Of a DNA stretch of 24,000 nt, positions 21,743 to 24,000 are shown in pieces; positions within the stretch are counted from its first letter, which is position 1, and each line of letters starts with the position of its first letter. Made by a program: the position numbers and the translations under genes. This DNA is from Williamsia sp. DF01-3 (GTDB taxonomy: Bacteria > Actinomycetota > Actinomycetes > Mycobacteriales > Mycobacteriaceae). The stretch is from NCBI RefSeq assembly GCF_023051145.1, contig NZ_JALKFS010000005.1, positions 2,039,733-2,063,732 on the forward strand, given 5' to 3'. The notes under the pieces are model-generated. The model was not told the DNA's origin. It ran no database searches and saw only the letters and a list, made by a program, of their open reading frames with translations.

Positions 21743-22693
21743 ATGACTGAAGCGCAGACCAGCCCGGCCAACGAGGTCGAATACGAGTCCGTTCCGGGCA
21801 CGCCGCCCATTCCGCGAACCGCAATTGTGCCGGCCGCCGGCTTGGGTACCCGTTTTCTTCCGGCGACCAAGACCGTGCCGAAAGAACTTCTTCCCGTGGT
21901 GGATACACCCGGTATCGAATTGGTGGCCGAAGAGGCCAAGTCGGCCGGTGCTGAGCGACTGCTGATCATCACGTCGCCGGGTAAAGACGGCGTCGTCGCG
22001 CACTTCGTCGAAGACCTGGTGCTCGAACACACCCTCGAGTCCCGCGGCAAAGACACCATGTTGGCCAAGGTGCGGAACGCGCCATCGCTGCTGGAGGTTG
22101 CGTCGGTCATCCAGGAGAAGCCCCTCGGACTCGGCCACGCGGTCGGATGCGTCGAGGCCAAACTCGACGACGACGAGGATGCTGTCGCGGTTCTGTTGCC
22201 CGACGATCTGGTGCTTCCCAACGGAGTCCTGGAGGTGATGGCCCGTACGCGCGCCAAGCGCGGCGGCACGGTGCTCTGCGCCATCGAGGTCCCGACCGAG
22301 AAGATCAGCGCGTATGGCGTATTCGATGTCGAAGAACTTCCCGATGCGGCGAATCCCAATGTGATGAAGCTGAAGGGAATGGTCGAAAAGCCCGAGGCAA
22401 AAGATGCGCCTTCCAATTATGCGGCGGCCGGGCGATACATCCTCGACCGCGCAATTTTTGATGCATTGCGACGAATTGAACCCGGCGCTGGTGGCGAATT
22501 GCAGCTCACCGATGCCATCGCTTTGTTGATTGACGAAGGTCATCCGGTTCACGTCGTGGTTCACCGCGGAACTCGCCACGACCTCGGGAACCCGGGCGGG
22601 TACCTGAAGGCGTCGGTCGACATCGCCCTCAACCGTGAGGATTACGGCCCCGAATTGCGCGAGTGGCTGGTCGAACGCCTCGGGTGCAGCTGA
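21743..22693 (+). CDS. galU: UTP--glucose-1-phosphate uridylyltransferase
   Basis: Track ORF of 316 aa. The signature is AIVPAAGLGTRFLPATKTVPKELLPVVDTPGIELVAEEA, followed by VLLPDDL, EKP and GRYILD. Confidence 0.9.
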   Translation: MTEAQTSPANEVEYESVPGTPPIPRTAIVPAAGLGTRFLPATKTVPKELLPVVDTPGIELVAEEAKSAGAERLLIITSPGKDGVVAHFVEDLVLEHTLESRGKDTMLAKVRNAPSLLEVASVIQEKPLGLGHAVGCVEAKLDDDEDAVAVLLPDDLVLPNGVLEVMARTRAKRGGTVLCAIEVPTEKISAYGVFDVEELPDAANPNVMKLKGMVEKPEAKDAPSNYAAAGRYILDRAIFDALRRIEPGAGGELQLTDAIALLIDEGHPVHVVVHRGTRHDLGNPGGYLKASVDIALNREDYGPELREWLVERLGCS

Positions 22694-22880
22694 CCTCCAA
22701 CCCACGACAGCACCCGGTCTGAGCGCGTTGATGCGATGGCGCGCGGCGATCCCTGGATGCGAGAGAACGGAAATCGCCGACAAACCAGCTAACGTCAGTC
22801 GTCAGAACAACGACACGGCGACCCGTTGGCGCGGCGAACGAGCACTATCGGGCCGCCACGGCGATTGAAGGAGGCGATCG

Positions 22881-24000
22881 GTGCGTTCGGTGGAAGATCA
22901 CCTGAGCCGAGTGACCGCCGCGGCAGTGGCTCCGAGGCCGGTGCGCGTCGCGATCTCGGAGTCACAGGGTCTGCTGTGTGCCGAAGAGGTTGTTGCCGAC
23001 AAGCCGTTGCCCGGGTTCGATCAGGCTGCCATCGACGGATATGCCGTTCGCAGTGTGGATGTCGCCGAAGCGGGCACCATCGCCGATGAGGAATCGGAGT
23101 CGCCGGGCGACCAGGTGATCGTTGTCCTGCCGGTGGTGGGGGAGTTGAAGGCGGGTTCGCGGACGCCAACACGGCTCCAGCCAAGGCAAGCGGTCAGGGT
23201 GGAGACCGGCGCTCCCTTGCCGACACTCGCCGACGCCGTGGTGCCCAAGCGGTGGACCGACGGCGGACTGCCCAAGGTCAGAATCGGTCATGCCGTGCGA
23301 AGCGGACAATACGTCCGGCACGTCGGCGATGATGTTCAGCCCGGTGACGTAGCGGTCCGCACCGGAACGATCATTGGTCCCGCGCAGGTCGGTCTGCTCG
23401 CCGCTGTGGGCCGCGACCGCGTGCTGGTTCATCCGCGACCACGACTTTCCGTCATCTCCATCGGTGGCGAGCTGGTCGACATCGACCGGACAGCCGGTGG
23501 CGGTCAGGTGTACGACGTCAACAGTTACGCGCTGGCCGCGGCTGCTCGTGACGCCGGCGCAGACGTCAACAGGGTCGGTATCGCCGACAGCGAGCCGTCG
23601 CAACTCCGTGAACTGGTCGAGGGGCAGCTGATTCGTTCTGAGATCGTTGTGATCACCGGCCCGGTCGGTGGGGCGGCCTCGGAATCGATTCGCGAAGCCC
23701 TTTCGGAGCTGGGCGAATTGGAGATCGAACGCATCGCGATGTACCCGGCTTCGGTCCAGGGTTTCGGCCAGCTGGGCCGCGACGAGGTGCCCACCTTCCT
23801 TCTTCCTGCGAATCCGGTCTCGGCGTTGGTGGCTTTTGAAGTGATGGTGCGACCGCTGATCCGGATCGCGCTCGGCAAACGCCAACCGATGCGGCGAGTG
23901 GTACGTGCGCGCACGGTCAGCCCCATCACCTCGGTGGAGGGAAGGCGCGGATATCTGCGTGGGCAGCTGATGCGCGATGAGCAGACGGGCGAATACCTCG
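22881..24000 (+). CDS. moeA: Molybdopterin molybdenumtransferase MoeA (N-terminal about 373 codons; continues past the right edge)
   Basis: GTG 22881 is preceded by GAAGGAGG. My translation is VRSVEDHLSRVTAAAVAPRPVRVAISESQGLLCAEEVVADKPLPGFDQAAIDGYAVRS...RHVGDDVQPGDV...VYDVNSYALAAAARDAGA... This is typical MoeA. The frame is unterminated, hence absent from the track. Confidence 0.85.
   Translation, partial: MRSVEDHLSRVTAAAVAPRPVRVAISESQGLLCAEEVVADKPLPGFDQAAIDGYAVRSVDVAEAGTIADEESESPGDQVIVVLPVVGELKAGSRTPTRLQPRQAVRVETGAPLPTLADAVVPKRWTDGGLPKVRIGHAVRSGQYVRHVGDDVQPGDVAVRTGTIIGPAQVGLLAAVGRDRVLVHPRPRLSVISIGGELVDIDRTAGGGQVYDVNSYALAAAARDAGADVNRVGIADSEPSQLRELVEGQLIRSEIVVITGPVGGAASESIREALSELGELEIERIAMYPASVQGFGQLGRDEVPTFLLPANPVSALVAFEVMVRPLIRIALGKRQPMRRVVRARTVSPITSVEGRRGYLRGQLMRDEQTGEYL

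Noticed and set aside
22694-22880. The 187-nt galU-moeA spacer as a possible Moco riboswitch or sRNA.
   Set aside because: I could not recognise Moco-motif conserved strings and found only short 5-6 bp hairpins. It is worth a covariance-model scan (Rfam Moco RNA motif), but there is no positive evidence from reading the sequence.
1-24000. A search for CRISPR arrays, tRNA/rRNA genes, IS elements, integrases and toxin-antitoxin pairs.
   Set aside because: I saw no regularly spaced direct repeats, tRNA-like T-arm or acceptor motifs, transposase- or integrase-like translations, or small paired ORFs of TA type on either strand. The only mobile-like gene is the DUF222-HNH ORF.

Overview
High-GC actinobacterial chromosome segment, Mycobacteriales-like. 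As I recall it, gene order parallels the M. tuberculosis Rv0958-Rv0994 neighbourhood: ChlI-like AAA+ ATPase plus VWA protein, then mprA-mprB-pepD-moaB2, mscL, an Rv0991c-like zinc-ribbon protein, 5-formyl-THF cyclo-ligase, galU and moeA. The presence of MspA-type porins suggests a Gordonia/Rhodococcus/Nocardia/Tsukamurella-type host rather than M. tuberculosis. I call 27 protein-coding genes or pseudogenes. Four are absent from the ORF track: L33 and L32 (under 60 aa), and the edge-truncated CoA-transferase and moeA. I recognised no rRNA, tRNA, CRISPR array or transposase. All family calls rest on motifs read from the translations and remembered synteny; no database search was possible. Main points: (1) A bidirectional zinc-starvation module holds six cysteine-less ribosomal-protein paralogues and a COG0523-like gene whose P-loop is ablated. 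It is driven from a 104-bp spacer with face-to-face promoters and inverted Zur-box-like sites, and a third similar site straddles the rpsN2 stop codon. (2) About 4 kb lies between moaB2 and mscL, which are neighbours in M. tuberculosis. It carries two MspA-family porin genes (one frame-disrupted) and a DUF222-HNH (REP13E12-like) gene. That gene's promoter -35 is overlapped by a perfect mycobacterial LexA box, TCGAAC-N4-GTTCGA. (3) MscL carries a tail of about 180 aa rich in Pro/Gly/Gln with PPPGY repeats. The synonymous-difference pattern in a tandem repeat argues that the tail is translated and under selection. (4) A perfect tandem MprA box lies upstream of pepD. (5) Three genes (VWA, porin 1, 5-formyl-THF cyclo-ligase) each become canonical if exactly one base is added, two of them in G/C runs. 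This points to assembly indels before any biological explanation.
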